Below are positions 1-11,886 of a DNA stretch of 61,161 bases, one piece after another. Numbering within the stretch: the first letter of the stretch is position 1; each line of letters starts with the position of its first letter. The notes beneath the pieces are model-generated. The model was not told the DNA's origin and did no database searches. It saw only the letters and a program-made list of their open reading frames with translations. The stretch is from Verrucomicrobiota bacterium. Lineage in GTDB: Bacteria > Verrucomicrobiota > Verrucomicrobiia > Limisphaerales > UBA9464. The position numbers and the translations under genes are program-made. Location of the stretch: NCBI GenBank assembly GCA_008933025.1, contig WBXI01000003.1, forward strand, positions 1 through 61,161. Direction: 5' to 3'.

Positions 1-1
1 G

Positions 2-199
2 AAGGTGAAGGGCAAGACGGTGTCGGTGGCCCTGTCAAAGGAGCAATACGAGGCGATGAGGGAAGCGATCGAGGGTTGGCGGGAGATGGAAGCCATCGTG
101 GAGCGGATGCAGCAACTGACGCGGCTGAGGATCTTCGGGACACTCCCCGACATCCGCCGACGCAAACCCCTGACGAAGACAGTATTGGGTGCTAGGTAA
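2..199 (+). CDS. 5'-truncated small basic protein, DUF6788-like (IS-associated accessory ORF)
   Basis: Open frame from the window edge: KVKGKTVSVALSKEQYEAMREAI...RRRKPLTKTVLGAR. Resembles small ORFs that accompany transposases in PVC bacteria (recalled similarity only). Confidence 0.5.
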   Translation, partial: KVKGKTVSVALSKEQYEAMREAIEGWREMEAIVERMQQLTRLRIFGTLPDIRRRKPLTKTVLGAR

Positions 200-211
200 A
201 CGCCATTCGGG
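194..211. mobile_element. Possible terminal inverted repeat (outer end) of an IS element lying mostly left of the window
   Basis: AGGTAAACGCCATTCGGG overlaps the stop of the DUF6788-like ORF, and chromosomal-type genes start right after it. The partner end is not visible. Confidence 0.3.
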
Positions 212-275
212 CCCGACCCCAGTCTTCGGGATTGCGGATCCCGGTGGGACCGCCGCTATTCTCCGGCAACCACGT

Positions 276-1748
276 ATGCCGACCGCCTTCCATTCCCGAT
301 TCCCGCGCATCGCCATCCTCGCGGCTTTGGCCGCCGGATTGCTCGCGTCCACTCCCGCCCATGCGGCCGGGGCCTTCAAGATCCCGGCTCCCGCCGCCGG
401 CCCCAATACCCGCGCCCTCGAGACGGCCCTGGACCGCTATGTCGCGACGCCGGATCCGACCTTCGCGTGGCACGCCGTGGGCAAGGTGAGCCGCGACGGC
501 GCCACGGTGGTGTCGATCGACATGAGTTCGCAGACCTGGCTGACGACGAACGAGGTGAACCGCACGGTTTGGCGTCATTGGTTGACGATCGTGCGTCCCG
601 ACAATCTCGATTCCGACACGGCCCTGTTGTTCATCGCGGGTGGCAACAACCGGGACAACCAACCGCCGAAGCCGGGCAAGGAACTGGCCCAGATCGCGCT
701 GGGCACGCGCTCGGTGGTGGCGGAATTGAAGATGGTGCCGAACCAAACCCTGGTGTTCGGCGGCGACGGGCACGAACGGAACGAGGACGACCTGATCGCG
801 TACACGTGGGACAAGTACATGCGCACGGGCGACGAACGTTGGCCGGCTCGGTTGCCGATGACCAAGGCGGCGGTCCGCGCGCTGGACACGGTCGAGGCTT
901 GGACGGGCAGCGCGGATGGCGGCGGCAAGAAGGTGTCGAAGTTCGTGGTGGCCGGCGGTTCGAAGCGCGGTTGGACCACCTGGACCACCGCCATCGTCGA
1001 CAAACGGGTCGTCGCGATCTGCCCGATCGTGATCGACGTGCTGAACCTGCCGGAGTCGATGGTCCACCACTTCCGGGCGTACGGGTTCTTCGCGCCCGCG
1101 GTCGGGAACTACTCCGAGCAGCACATCATGGATTGGTTGGGCACGCCGGAAATGACGGCCCTCTGCAAAATCGAGGACCCGTTCCAATACCGCGCCCGCC
1201 TGACCATGCCGAAACTGGTGATGAACGCGGGCGGCGACCAATTCTTCCTGCCGGATTCGTCCCAGTTCTACTTCGATCGGCTGCCGGGAACGAAGTACCT
1301 GCGCTACGTGCCGAACGCCGACCATTCGCTGCGCGGCAGCGACGCCTACGAGACGCTGGCCGCCTGGCAGTGGGCCACGTCGCACCGCACGGTGTTGCCA
1401 CGCTTCTCGTGGTCCAACGAGGCCGACGGATCGATCCGCGTCGAGACGCAGGACAAACCGAAGTCCGCCAAGCTGTGGCAAATCCACAACCAGGACGCGC
1501 GCGACTTCCGTCTCGAAGCGATCGGGCCGGCTTGGTGGGCCACGCAGCTTGCCGACGAAGGCAAGCAGGTGTTCCGGGGCAAGCCGACGGCGGCGACCAA
1601 GGGATGGACCGCCTTCATGATCGAGTTGACCTACGACATCGGCGCGCCGGTCCCGCTGAAGCTCACCACCGCGGTGCGCGTGACGCCCGACACCCTGCCG
1701 TTCGCGGCGCCGAACCCGACGCGGCCGAAGGGCTTCCTCCAGCGTTGA
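276..1748 (+). CDS. PhoPQ-activated pathogenicity-related (PqaA-type) alpha/beta-hydrolase-like exported protein
   Basis: Signal peptide (AILAALAAGLLASTPAHA); motifs SQTWLT, LPMTKAAVRALD, FVVAGGSKRGWTTW, DPFQY, GDQFFLPD, YVPNADH; ATG at 276. Confidence 0.88.
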   Translation: MPTAFHSRFPRIAILAALAAGLLASTPAHAAGAFKIPAPAAGPNTRALETALDRYVATPDPTFAWHAVGKVSRDGATVVSIDMSSQTWLTTNEVNRTVWRHWLTIVRPDNLDSDTALLFIAGGNNRDNQPPKPGKELAQIALGTRSVVAELKMVPNQTLVFGGDGHERNEDDLIAYTWDKYMRTGDERWPARLPMTKAAVRALDTVEAWTGSADGGGKKVSKFVVAGGSKRGWTTWTTAIVDKRVVAICPIVIDVLNLPESMVHHFRAYGFFAPAVGNYSEQHIMDWLGTPEMTALCKIEDPFQYRARLTMPKLVMNAGGDQFFLPDSSQFYFDRLPGTKYLRYVPNADHSLRGSDAYETLAAWQWATSHRTVLPRFSWSNEADGSIRVETQDKPKSAKLWQIHNQDARDFRLEAIGPAWWATQLADEGKQVFRGKPTAATKGWTAFMIELTYDIGAPVPLKLTTAVRVTPDTLPFAAPNPTRPKGFLQR

Positions 1749-1776
1749 CCGGCCACCACACGGTCTCCCTCCCAGC

Positions 1777-3018
1777 GTGCTCTTCGCCGCCTCCAACGGG
1801 ACCTCGCCCCGCCGTCGCGTCGTCGTGACCGGGGCGGGATTGGTCACCGCCCTCGGCATCGGCTGGGATGCCAATGCCGCGGGCTTCCGCTCGGGAAGAA
1901 GCGCGTTCCGCCCCGTGGATCTGTTCGATGTCGCGCGCCAACGGACGCGGATGGCCGCGGAAGCGGACGTTCCGGAAGCGCGGCCCGACGGGCGTTTCGA
2001 CGCGCGGCGTTGGCGTCGCCTCGACCGCGCGGCCCGCATGCTGGCATGGGCCGCCGCCGGGGCGTGCGACCAGGCCCGGTGGAACCCGGACCCGGCGGAC
2101 GAAACCCCGGTCGTGCTCGGGACGACCAGCGGGGGCATGCTGCTCGGCGAGGAATACTTCCGCGCGGCGATCGCGACGCCGCCCCGACGGCGCGGCCAAG
2201 CCACCCGGATCCTCGGCTACCAGTCCCAGCGGCAGGCCCTCGAGGTCTCCGAAGCACTCGGGTTGCGGGGTCCGATCCAAATCATCGCCAATGCCTGCGC
2301 ATCGGGGGCCAATGCGATCGGCCATGCCTTCCATTGGGTGCGTTCGGGGCGCGCGGACCGCGTGCTGACCGGCGGCTTCGACGGCCTCAGCCAACTCGTC
2401 TTCGCCGGTTTCGACGCCCTGCAGGCCCTCTCGACGTCGACGTGCCGGCCGTTCCACAGGAATCGCGATGGCCTGGCACTCGGGGAGGGCGCCGCGGCGC
2501 TCTGCGTGGAATCGTTGGAATCCGCGCGACGCCGCGGCGCCCCGATCCTCGGCGAGATCGTCGGCTACGGGTTCGGCACCGACGTCCATCACCTGACCCA
2601 ACCGCATCCGGAAGGGGACGCGGCCCTGGCGTCGATGACCATGGCGTGTGCCGACGCGGGCATTGGTCCGGGCGACGTGGGCTATCTCAACGCGCACGGG
2701 ACGGGCACGCCGCTGAACGATTCGGCGGAAGCGCGGGCCATCGGCCGCTGGGCCGGGGCCACGGCGGTCCCGGTGAGTTCCACCAAGGCCGGCATCGGAC
2801 ACACGCTGGGGACCGCCGGGGCGATCGAGGCGGTGGTCTGCCTGATGGTCCTCCGGGGCGGTTGGCTGCCGCCCCAACTTGGCGACGGCGAACTCGATCC
2901 GCTCTGCACCTTCCCGATCGTGCGCGAACCCACCGACGCCACGCCGCGGACGGTGCTCACCAATTCCTTCGGATTCGGCGGCGCCAACGCCACCCTGGCC
3001 TTCGCGCGCTCCCCCTAG
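1777..3018 (+). CDS. Beta-ketoacyl-[ACP] synthase family protein (FabF-like)
   Basis: RRVVVTGAG, catalytic NACASGANAIG, NAHGTGTPLND, SSTKAGIGHTLG, NSFGFGGAN (Cys-His-His triad). Confidence 0.92.
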   Translation: MLFAASNGTSPRRRVVVTGAGLVTALGIGWDANAAGFRSGRSAFRPVDLFDVARQRTRMAAEADVPEARPDGRFDARRWRRLDRAARMLAWAAAGACDQARWNPDPADETPVVLGTTSGGMLLGEEYFRAAIATPPRRRGQATRILGYQSQRQALEVSEALGLRGPIQIIANACASGANAIGHAFHWVRSGRADRVLTGGFDGLSQLVFAGFDALQALSTSTCRPFHRNRDGLALGEGAAALCVESLESARRRGAPILGEIVGYGFGTDVHHLTQPHPEGDAALASMTMACADAGIGPGDVGYLNAHGTGTPLNDSAEARAIGRWAGATAVPVSSTKAGIGHTLGTAGAIEAVVCLMVLRGGWLPPQLGDGELDPLCTFPIVREPTDATPRTVLTNSFGFGGANATLAFARSP

Positions 3019-3129
3019 CCGGCGCGGGAAGACGGACCACGGCGTCATCCCCGTGGCCGCCGGGGCCGGAAAGCGGATGGCACATGATCCCGTGGGCCAC
3101 CGCCCGCCCGATGATTCCGGCGGCCGGAC

Positions 3130-4926
<1,797 letters not shown>

Positions 4927-4938
4927 GAATGCGAAAAA

Positions 4939-4967
4939 AGCCTTTGGAGCAAGCCAGACCCCGTCAA
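4939..4967 (-). promoter_or_regulatory. Putative sigma70 promoter of the half-carB gene
   Basis: Minus strand TTGACG-17 nt-AAGGCT, ending 12 nt before the ATG at 4926. Confidence 0.45.
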
Positions 4968-5080
4968 GGGTGTCGAGGGGCTTTCCGGGGGGGCCAAAAG
5001 ACCCGGCTCCACCCGGGACCCCGGGTTCGACGCAGCCCGGACTTCCAACCGCCCCCCCCTTCCGACATCGTCGCCCCCGC

Positions 5081-6124
5081 ATGGCCCGTCCCACCGCCAC
5101 CGCGATGCCCCGCCGTCCGGCTCCGCTTGCCGACGCCCGGCTCCGCGAACTCCTCGCCCGCTTCCCGCAGGCCCACGTGCTCGTCGTCGGCGACGTCATG
5201 CTCGACCACTTCATCTGGGGCCGCGTGACCCGGATTTCCCCCGAGGCCCCCGTCCCCGTCGTCGATTTCGAACGGGAAAGTTTCATGCCCGGCGGCGCCG
5301 CCAATGTCGCCCGGAACCTCACCGCCCTGGGCGGACGCGCCTCGTTGTTCGGCGCCGTGGGACGGGATGCCGCGGCCGTCAAACTCGCCGAACTCCTCGA
5401 CGCCGACCGGGTCGCCTGCCGCGGCCTGATCGGCTCGGCCGGCCGCCCCACCTCGAACAAGACCCGGATCGTCGCCGGCCAACAGCAGATCACCCGGCTC
5501 GATCGCGAGGCCCGGACCCCGCTTTCCCCCGCCGCCGTTGCCACCCTCCTGCGACGCGTCGAGGCCCTCCTGCCGCGTGCCGATGCCGTGATCGTCGGCG
5601 ACTACGGCAAGGGCGTGGTGACCCAACCCCCCCTCGACGGCGTGCGCGCCGCCTGTCGCGCCGCCGGCAAATGGCTGTCGCTCGATCCCAAGCCCGTCCA
5701 TCAGATCGACCTCGGCGGGCTTTCCCTGATCACGCCGAACCGCAAGGAAACCTTCGAACTGGCGGGCATCCCCGACTCCCTGCGGGCCGCCGATCCCCTC
5801 CGCGACGAACCGCTCCTCCGGGCCGTCGAAAAGATCCATGCCTCCCTTGCTCCTGCCGTGTTGCTGGTGACCCTGGGCGAACTCGGCATGCTCCTGTGCC
5901 GCCGGGGCGATCCCCCGTTCCACATCCCCACGGTCGCCCGGGAGGTCTTCGACGTCAGCGGTGCCGGCGACACGGTCATTGCCTGCTTCACCCTCGCGGT
6001 CGCCGCCGGCGCTTCGCCCGTCGAGGCCGCCATCCTCTCGAACCACGCCGCCGGGGTCGTGGTCGGCAAGGTCGGAACCGCCACCGTCACCCCCGCCGAA
6101 TTGGCGGCCAGCTTCCACGGGTGA
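5081..6124 (+). CDS. rfaE1: D-glycero-beta-D-manno-heptose-7-phosphate kinase (stand-alone HldE kinase domain, RfaE1/HldA)
   Basis: [60 protein letters not shown]. Start 5081 or 5105. Confidence 0.92.
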   Translation: MARPTATAMPRRPAPLADARLRELLARFPQAHVLVVGDVMLDHFIWGRVTRISPEAPVPVVDFERESFMPGGAANVARNLTALGGRASLFGAVGRDAAAVKLAELLDADRVACRGLIGSAGRPTSNKTRIVAGQQQITRLDREARTPLSPAAVATLLRRVEALLPRADAVIVGDYGKGVVTQPPLDGVRAACRAAGKWLSLDPKPVHQIDLGGLSLITPNRKETFELAGIPDSLRAADPLRDEPLLRAVEKIHASLAPAVLLVTLGELGMLLCRRGDPPFHIPTVAREVFDVSGAGDTVIACFTLAVAAGASPVEAAILSNHAAGVVVGKVGTATVTPAELAASFHG

Positions 6125-6147
6125 TCCCGCGGACTCCCCACCCCGCC

Positions 6148-6711
6148 ATGCCCAAGGACCTCCTCCCGGCCCGCGCCGTTTTCCTCGATCGCGACGGCAC
6201 CCTGATCCGCGACAAAAACTACCTGCATCGCCCCGACGAGGTGGAGTTCTTCCCGGGCATCGCCCCCGCCCTGCGCCAGCTGCAGGACGCCGGATTCCTG
6301 CTGTGCATCGTCACCAACCAGTCCGGGGTCGGGCGCGGTTACTTCACCCTGCGGGACGTCGAACGCGTCCATGCCCACATCGAGGCGGAACTGGCGGCGG
6401 AAGACGTGGTGTTCGACGCGATCTACGTGGCCCCCGAGGCGCCGGATGCGCCGAGCGAGGGACGCAAGCCGTCGCCCAAGTTCCTCCTCGAGGCCCGCGA
6501 CGAATTCGGGGTGGATCTGGCGCGCAGCTACATGATCGGGGACAAGCTGATCGATCTGGAGACCGGCTGGAACGCGGGCTGCGCCCGGAGCCTGCTGGTC
6601 CGGACCGGCTACGGCGCCGAAACCGAGCGCAAGGAAGCCGGGCACCTTCGCGATGCCGTCGTGGTCGACGATCTGTGCGCCGCCGCCGCATGGATCGCCG
6701 CGCAGGAATAG
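6148..6711 (+). CDS. gmhB: D-glycero-D-manno-heptose 1,7-bisphosphate phosphatase (HAD IIIA)
   Basis: AVFLDRDGTL, VTNQSGVGRG, RKPSP, MIGDKLID; adjacent to the heptose kinase. Confidence 0.9.
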   Translation: MPKDLLPARAVFLDRDGTLIRDKNYLHRPDEVEFFPGIAPALRQLQDAGFLLCIVTNQSGVGRGYFTLRDVERVHAHIEAELAAEDVVFDAIYVAPEAPDAPSEGRKPSPKFLLEARDEFGVDLARSYMIGDKLIDLETGWNAGCARSLLVRTGYGAETERKEAGHLRDAVVVDDLCAAAAWIAAQE

Positions 6712-6885
6712 CCATCCCCGGTTCGCCCCGGGGCAACGGGATCGCCGCGCCGGACCGTGGCGAGAAGGCCATCCGGTCCCGAAACCGTCGGCCAAGCGCG
6801 ACGGCCGCCGGTCGGGATGCGCCCGGGCGGTCGTCCCCCGACTTCGGACTTCTGGCCACGGACGCCGTCCACTAGGGTCGTCCCC

Positions 6886-8043
6886 GTGGCCGCTGAGCTT
6901 TCCCCCGTGGTCCGGTTGCTGCGCGATCTGGTCGCGCTTCCGAGCGTGAATCCGGCGTTCCTGCCGGCGGGTGATCCGCGCACCGGGGAGTCGCGGGTCG
7001 CCGATTTCCTCGTCGCCACGGCCGCCACCGCCGGGCTCGACGTCGAGTTGCAGCCCGTCGCACCCGGCCGCCAGAACGTCATGGCCCGGCTGCGTCCCAC
7101 CGGCCGGACCCGGCGCCGGATCCTCCTGGCCCCGCACCTCGACACCGTCGGCGAACCCGCGCTGGACCCGCAGTTGTCGCCGGAGATCGCCCGTGGCCGA
7201 CTCTGGGGCCGGGGTGCCTGCGACACCAAAGGCTGCGTGGCCGCGATGTTGTCGGCGCTGCTCCGGGTCGCGGGATCCGGCGCGCGTCCCGCGGAGACCG
7301 AGTTGGTTTTCCTCGGTTTGGTGGACGAGGAAAACGGCCAGATCGGATCGCGGACCTACGCCACGCTGGCCCACAAACCCGAGTACCGGGCCCAACTGGC
7401 CGTGGTCGGCGAACCCACGCGCCTCGAGGTGGTGACGGCGCACAAAGGGGATGTCTGGCTCCGGCTCCGGACCCATGGCAAGGCAGCCCATGGCGCCACG
7501 CCCCATCTCGGCATCAACGCCGTGCACCGCATGGCCCGCGTGGTCGACGTGCTCGAAACCACCTACCGCGCCCAACTCTCCCGACGTTCGCATCCCCTGC
7601 TCGGTTCGCCCACGATCAACGTCGGCTCCATCCGGGGCGGCACCCAGCCCAACATCGTGCCGGCGGAATGCGTCGTTGCCATCGACCGCCGGACGCTGCC
7701 CGGCGAGACCGAGTCGGCGGTGCGCCGCGAGATCGCCGCGGTGCTGCGGAAGGCAGGCTTGGCCGTGACCTTCGACAACCTCCGCGCCGCGCCGTGCCCG
7801 GCATTGGAAACGGACCCGGCTTTGCCAGAGGTCGCCGCGCTGTTGGCCGCCGCGGGGCGCGGGCACGCCATCGGCGCGCATTACTTCTGCGACGCAGCGC
7901 CGTTGTCCGCCGGCGGCATTCCCGCCGTCGTCTTCGGGCCGGGCGACATCGCGCAGGCCCACACCAGCGCCGAGTGGATCTCGATCGCGTCGCTCGAACG
8001 CGGCACCCGGATCCTCGAACGGTTCCTGCGCGCGCAACCGTGA
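6886..8043 (+). CDS. M20 family metallopeptidase (ArgE/DapE-like deacylase)
   Basis: HLDTV, GRGACDTKG, VDEE, VVGEPT, GKAAHG, FGPGDIAQAHTSAE; GTG start after a TAGGGT -10 box. Confidence 0.9.
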   Translation: MAAELSPVVRLLRDLVALPSVNPAFLPAGDPRTGESRVADFLVATAATAGLDVELQPVAPGRQNVMARLRPTGRTRRRILLAPHLDTVGEPALDPQLSPEIARGRLWGRGACDTKGCVAAMLSALLRVAGSGARPAETELVFLGLVDEENGQIGSRTYATLAHKPEYRAQLAVVGEPTRLEVVTAHKGDVWLRLRTHGKAAHGATPHLGINAVHRMARVVDVLETTYRAQLSRRSHPLLGSPTINVGSIRGGTQPNIVPAECVVAIDRRTLPGETESAVRREIAAVLRKAGLAVTFDNLRAAPCPALETDPALPEVAALLAAAGRGHAIGAHYFCDAAPLSAGGIPAVVFGPGDIAQAHTSAEWISIASLERGTRILERFLRAQP

Positions 8044-8057
8044 GCGGGAATCTGCCC

Positions 8058-9308
8058 ATGCGGATCGCGTTCCTCACGCACGAGCCATTCTCGCCGCCGA
8101 CGGGCGGGGGCTCGGCGGAGGCGCCGTATCTGGTGCGGGAATTCCGGAACCGCGGCCACGAGGTCCACCTCTTCTGCCCCGCGTTTCCCGACGCCGACCG
8201 GGTCGCCGCCGATCCCGGCATCGTGGTCCATGCGTTCCGTCGCTGGGCCATGGGCCGCCATACCCGGGCGCGGACGCTGAAGTACCTGTTGTTCCCGTCG
8301 GCGCTCGCGGCCCACGTGGGACGCGAGCAATGCGCCTGGAAACGACGGACCGGCCAACGCCTGCGGTTCGACGTGATCGTGGCCCAGCACACCATCGCCT
8401 GCGTCGCCGCCGCCAGGTTGCGCCGCCGCCTCGGGGTGCCCGTGGTGTTCAACTACCTCGATTTCCTCACCGGTTTCATGGAGACGTGGCCCGCCGCGTT
8501 CACGCGGTCGGGTCTCGTTGCCGCTTTGACCCGCTTCGAGATGAACCTGCCGCGGCGTTGCGACGCCGAAGGCGTGATGACCGTCAGCGCGCCCCTCGCC
8601 GATCGGATCGCCGCAACCGGGTACCCGCGCGAGCGTCTCAGGACCATCCAGTATGGCTTTGATGCCGGACTTTTCCGGCCCGCGGAACGGCCCGCGGCGG
8701 GACCACCGGTCGTGGTGATGCACGGGAGCTTCGACACGCATCATCTGGGTCCCATCGCGCGCGGCGCCGTCGCGCGGGTCCATGCGCGGCGCCCCGACGC
8801 GAGGTTCCGTTTCGTCGGCACGGTGACCCCCGATCTCGCGGCGTTCGTGGCCGGGCTGCGGGCGGCGTCGCCGGGAATCACCGTGGAGACGCCGGGGTTC
8901 GTGGCGTACCGCGACGTGGCGGCGCTGCTCCGCGACGCCACGGTGGGGATCGTGCCCTACGAGGCCTCCAACGGGACGCACTGCGCGTTCGTGGCCAAGG
9001 CCGTCGAGTACCTCGGATGCGGCATCCCGGTGGCGAGCACGCCCCTCGAGAACCTGACGCGCCATTTCGCGGACGAACCGGCGATCCGATTTTCCGGCTT
9101 CGATGCGACGTCGTTTGCCGACGCCATCCTCGAGCGCCTGGCATTGCCCGCCGCGGAACGGGCGCGCCTCGGCGCGGCCGCCGCCGCGCGCGTGGCCCGG
9201 GAACTCGACTGGCCGGTGGTCGCCCGCAACGCGACGGATTTCGTCGAGGCGTGCGTCCAGGGCGCCCGTCGTGCAACTTCCGCGCGGTCAGGAACCCAGA
9301 CTCCATGA
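8058..9308 (+). CDS. Glycosyltransferase family 4
   Basis: MRIAFLTHEPFSPPTGGG N-terminus, RGHEVHLF, C-terminal KAVEYLGCGIPVAST. Confidence 0.85.
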   Translation: MRIAFLTHEPFSPPTGGGSAEAPYLVREFRNRGHEVHLFCPAFPDADRVAADPGIVVHAFRRWAMGRHTRARTLKYLLFPSALAAHVGREQCAWKRRTGQRLRFDVIVAQHTIACVAAARLRRRLGVPVVFNYLDFLTGFMETWPAAFTRSGLVAALTRFEMNLPRRCDAEGVMTVSAPLADRIAATGYPRERLRTIQYGFDAGLFRPAERPAAGPPVVVMHGSFDTHHLGPIARGAVARVHARRPDARFRFVGTVTPDLAAFVAGLRAASPGITVETPGFVAYRDVAALLRDATVGIVPYEASNGTHCAFVAKAVEYLGCGIPVASTPLENLTRHFADEPAIRFSGFDATSFADAILERLALPAAERARLGAAAAARVARELDWPVVARNATDFVEACVQGARRATSARSGTQTP

Positions 9309-10582
9309 ACGAATCCAAAGGCAGCTTTTTCCGGCAGAGTGCGTGGATGGTCATGGCCACCGTCGCGGGGGGCGGCGCGATGATGCTGGTGCACCCGCTG
9401 GTGAGCAAAAAGGTCGGCAAGGCGGGATACGCCGAATTCAAGGCGCTGCTCAGCGCGTTCTACGTCATCGCCGCGGTGGGCGGCGGGTTGTGGACGCTGT
9501 TCGCGCAACAACAGGCGGCCGCGGTCACCGAGGACGACTCGCGCCGGGTCGCGAGCGCGGCCCGCCGCGTGGGCATCACCATCCTCCTCGCCTGGATCGG
9601 CATCGCCGGCGTGCTCGCCCTCGCCCAGTCGGCCTTGGTCCGCGAGTGGAAACTCTCGAATCCGGCGTCGCTGTGGGCCACCTGGCTGGTGGGCCTGCTC
9701 ACGCTCTGGGGATCGGTCCTCCGCGGGCTGGTCCAGGGACGTCAGAATTTCCTGGCGCTGGGCTGGATCGCGATCCTCGACGGGTTCGGCCGCTTCGCCG
9801 CCGTGTTCGTGATCCTTTCGTTCCTCGCCGGCCGGGCCGCCGGCGCGATGACGGGGGCCGCGGTGGGGACCGCGGGAGCCATCCTCGTGGGCCTCTGGGG
9901 ATCGCGGGACACCTTGGCATCGAGGCCCGCGCGGGTGCCGTGGCGCGCTTGGCTCGGCGGTTTCGTTCCCCTCGCGCTGAATGCCGCCGCCCTCCAGTTG
10001 TTCCAGCAATACGACAACATGTTCTGGCAGGGGCTTGTCCCCGCGGACCGCGTGGACGACTGGGGTCTCGGGGCCCGGTATTCGCCGGCGCAGACCATCG
10101 GCTTCGGCATCACGCAGTTCACGGTGCCGCTCGCGCTGGTGATGCTGCCGCGGATCGCGCGCAGCGTGGCCATGGGCGAGCGCACCGACATGCTGCGGTT
10201 GACGCTGGTGGCGACGGCAACGATGGGGGGGTTGGCGTCGTTGGTCTGCACGCTTTTCCCGCGACTGCCGCTGCAGGTGATGTTCTACAACAACCCCGCC
10301 AACTGGGTGGCGTCGCCGCTGGTGCCGTGGTTCGCATGGGGCATGACGGTGTTCACGCTGGCCAACGTCCTGCTGAACGACCTGTTCGCGCGGCGACGGT
10401 TCGCGGTGGTGCCGGGCGTGATGGTGTTGGCCGTCGCGTACGTCGGGACGCTTCAGTGGCTGAAACCCCGGTTGCTGGCCCTGCCGATCGAAGAGGCATA
10501 CCGGACCGGCGTGGGGACGCTGTGCGCCTTCAACCTCGCCTTGCTGGCCCTGGCGGCGGTGTTCAGCCGGCGCCGGGTCTAG
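9305..10582 (+). CDS. Polysaccharide flippase-like multi-pass membrane protein (Wzx/MOP-like)
   Basis: About 12 hydrophobic segments; SFFRQSAWMVMAT start; ATGA overlap with the upstream GT4. Confidence 0.7.
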   Translation: MNESKGSFFRQSAWMVMATVAGGGAMMLVHPLVSKKVGKAGYAEFKALLSAFYVIAAVGGGLWTLFAQQQAAAVTEDDSRRVASAARRVGITILLAWIGIAGVLALAQSALVREWKLSNPASLWATWLVGLLTLWGSVLRGLVQGRQNFLALGWIAILDGFGRFAAVFVILSFLAGRAAGAMTGAAVGTAGAILVGLWGSRDTLASRPARVPWRAWLGGFVPLALNAAALQLFQQYDNMFWQGLVPADRVDDWGLGARYSPAQTIGFGITQFTVPLALVMLPRIARSVAMGERTDMLRLTLVATATMGGLASLVCTLFPRLPLQVMFYNNPANWVASPLVPWFAWGMTVFTLANVLLNDLFARRRFAVVPGVMVLAVAYVGTLQWLKPRLLALPIEEAYRTGVGTLCAFNLALLALAAVFSRRRV

Positions 10583-10600
10583 CGCGCCGGGGAGGACGCA

Positions 10601-11020
10601 TCAGACGTCGATGATGTTGCCGCCGCCGGCCGATCCGGAATCGCCGTCGCCGCGCCGACTCCCTTGCACGGCGATCCGGGGACGCCCGCCCAGGAAGAGA
10701 TTCGCGACAAACGACACGATGCTGATGACCAAACCGCCAAAAAATGCGGACCAAAAGCCATCCACCCGGAAGCCCGTTCCCAGGGATCCGACGCCCCAGA
10801 GCAGCAGGGCGTTGATGACCAGCACGCCGAGGCCGAGGGTCGCGACCACGAACGAGATCGAGACGAGCAACAGGACGGGACGGACGAAGGCATTGACCAG
10901 ACCGAGCACCAGCGACGCGACCAGCAGGGCGGGAAAGCCGGTGTAATGGATGCCCGTGACGACATGGGCAGCCACCAGGACGGCGACCGTCGTCACCAAC
11001 CACCGCTGCAGGAACTGCAT
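10601..11020 (-). CDS. 'Phage holin family' 4-TM membrane protein (YvlD/DUF360-like)
   Basis: LVASLVLGLVNAFVRPVL...TLGL..LVINALLL...GFRVDGFWSAFFGGLVISIVS. Confidence 0.85.
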   Translation of the reverse strand: MQFLQRWLVTTVAVLVAAHVVTGIHYTGFPALLVASLVLGLVNAFVRPVLLLVSISFVVATLGLGVLVINALLLWGVGSLGTGFRVDGFWSAFFGGLVISIVSFVANLFLGGRPRIAVQGSRRGDGDSGSAGGGNIIDV

Positions 11021-11082
11021 TCCCTTCGATTTCACGGGAACAATTGGGCAGACGAAGCCCCGTCGGGAAAGGAGGAAGTTGG

Positions 11083-11886
11083 CTATCCCTTCCCGGGGGC
11101 CCGGCGCCCGGCAACCTCGCGGAACCGGGACTCGTACTCGGGGTGGTTGGTGCCCATGAGGCGGTCCCAAAAGTTGAAATAGAGGCCGTAGTTTCCCCGG
11201 AATTTCTCGTGGTGCAGGATGTGGTTGGTGGGCGTGTTGAGCCAGCGACCGATCCGCGAGTCCAGCAACCAGCGCGCGTGGAATTCGTAGCCCGTGTGCC
11301 CGAGGACGTTGAAGACGATCTGCCACAGCATGAACGTGCCGAAGGCCAGCGGGTGGATCGGGATCGCGAGCGAAACCAACGGGAAGATGCCGGCTTCCAC
11401 CACCGCTTCCAGCGGCGCGAACGAGTAAGCCGCCCATGGCGTCGGGTTCGTCGACTGGTGGTGCACCCGGTGAAACCACGGGTAAAACCACCGGTGATGC
11501 ATCAGGCGGTGCGTCCAGTAGAAGTAGGTGTCGTGGATCACGATCGCGACGACGATGCTGGCCCAGAACCACGGCCAACCCCGCTCGTCCGCCCGCCAAT
11601 AGATCCGCCCCCACCCATGGGCGTTGAGGACGAAGGTGGCCGTTCCCACCAGGCCGAAGATCGCGATCGTCAGCAGCGAATGGAACAATTCCCGGCGGAC
11701 GTCGGCTGCCGGGGCGACCTTGTCGATGATCTTGCGGTGCTGCCACCGGCGGCGGAACAGGACGTACGCCAGCAACCAGGCAACACCCGCCACCAGAAAG
11801 TAGCGGACCCCGGTTTCGAGGGTGATGCCGAGATCCACGCGCCCCCACCGATCCGGATTCCGCAACAGCGCCCGAAACGACTCCAT
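11083..11886 (-). CDS. Sterol desaturase / fatty acid hydroxylase family protein
   Basis: His boxes HDTYFYWTHRLMH, HRVHH, GHTG, HILHH; NYGLYFNFWDRLMGT. Confidence 0.92.
   Translation of the reverse strand: MESFRALLRNPDRWGRVDLGITLETGVRYFLVAGVAWLLAYVLFRRRWQHRKIIDKVAPAADVRRELFHSLLTIAIFGLVGTATFVLNAHGWGRIYWRADERGWPWFWASIVVAIVIHDTYFYWTHRLMHHRWFYPWFHRVHHQSTNPTPWAAYSFAPLEAVVEAGIFPLVSLAIPIHPLAFGTFMLWQIVFNVLGHTGYEFHARWLLDSRIGRWLNTPTNHILHHEKFRGNYGLYFNFWDRLMGTNHPEYESRFREVAGRRAPGKG

Noticed and set aside
10601-11020. 'Phage holin family' gene as a sign of a prophage
   Set aside because: This 4-TM family is common in chromosomes, and no phage structural, lysin or integrase genes are nearby.
11083-11886. 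Sterol desaturase as evidence for sterol biosynthesis
   Set aside because: The family is widespread in bacteria, and no squalene epoxidase or cyclase genes are in the window.
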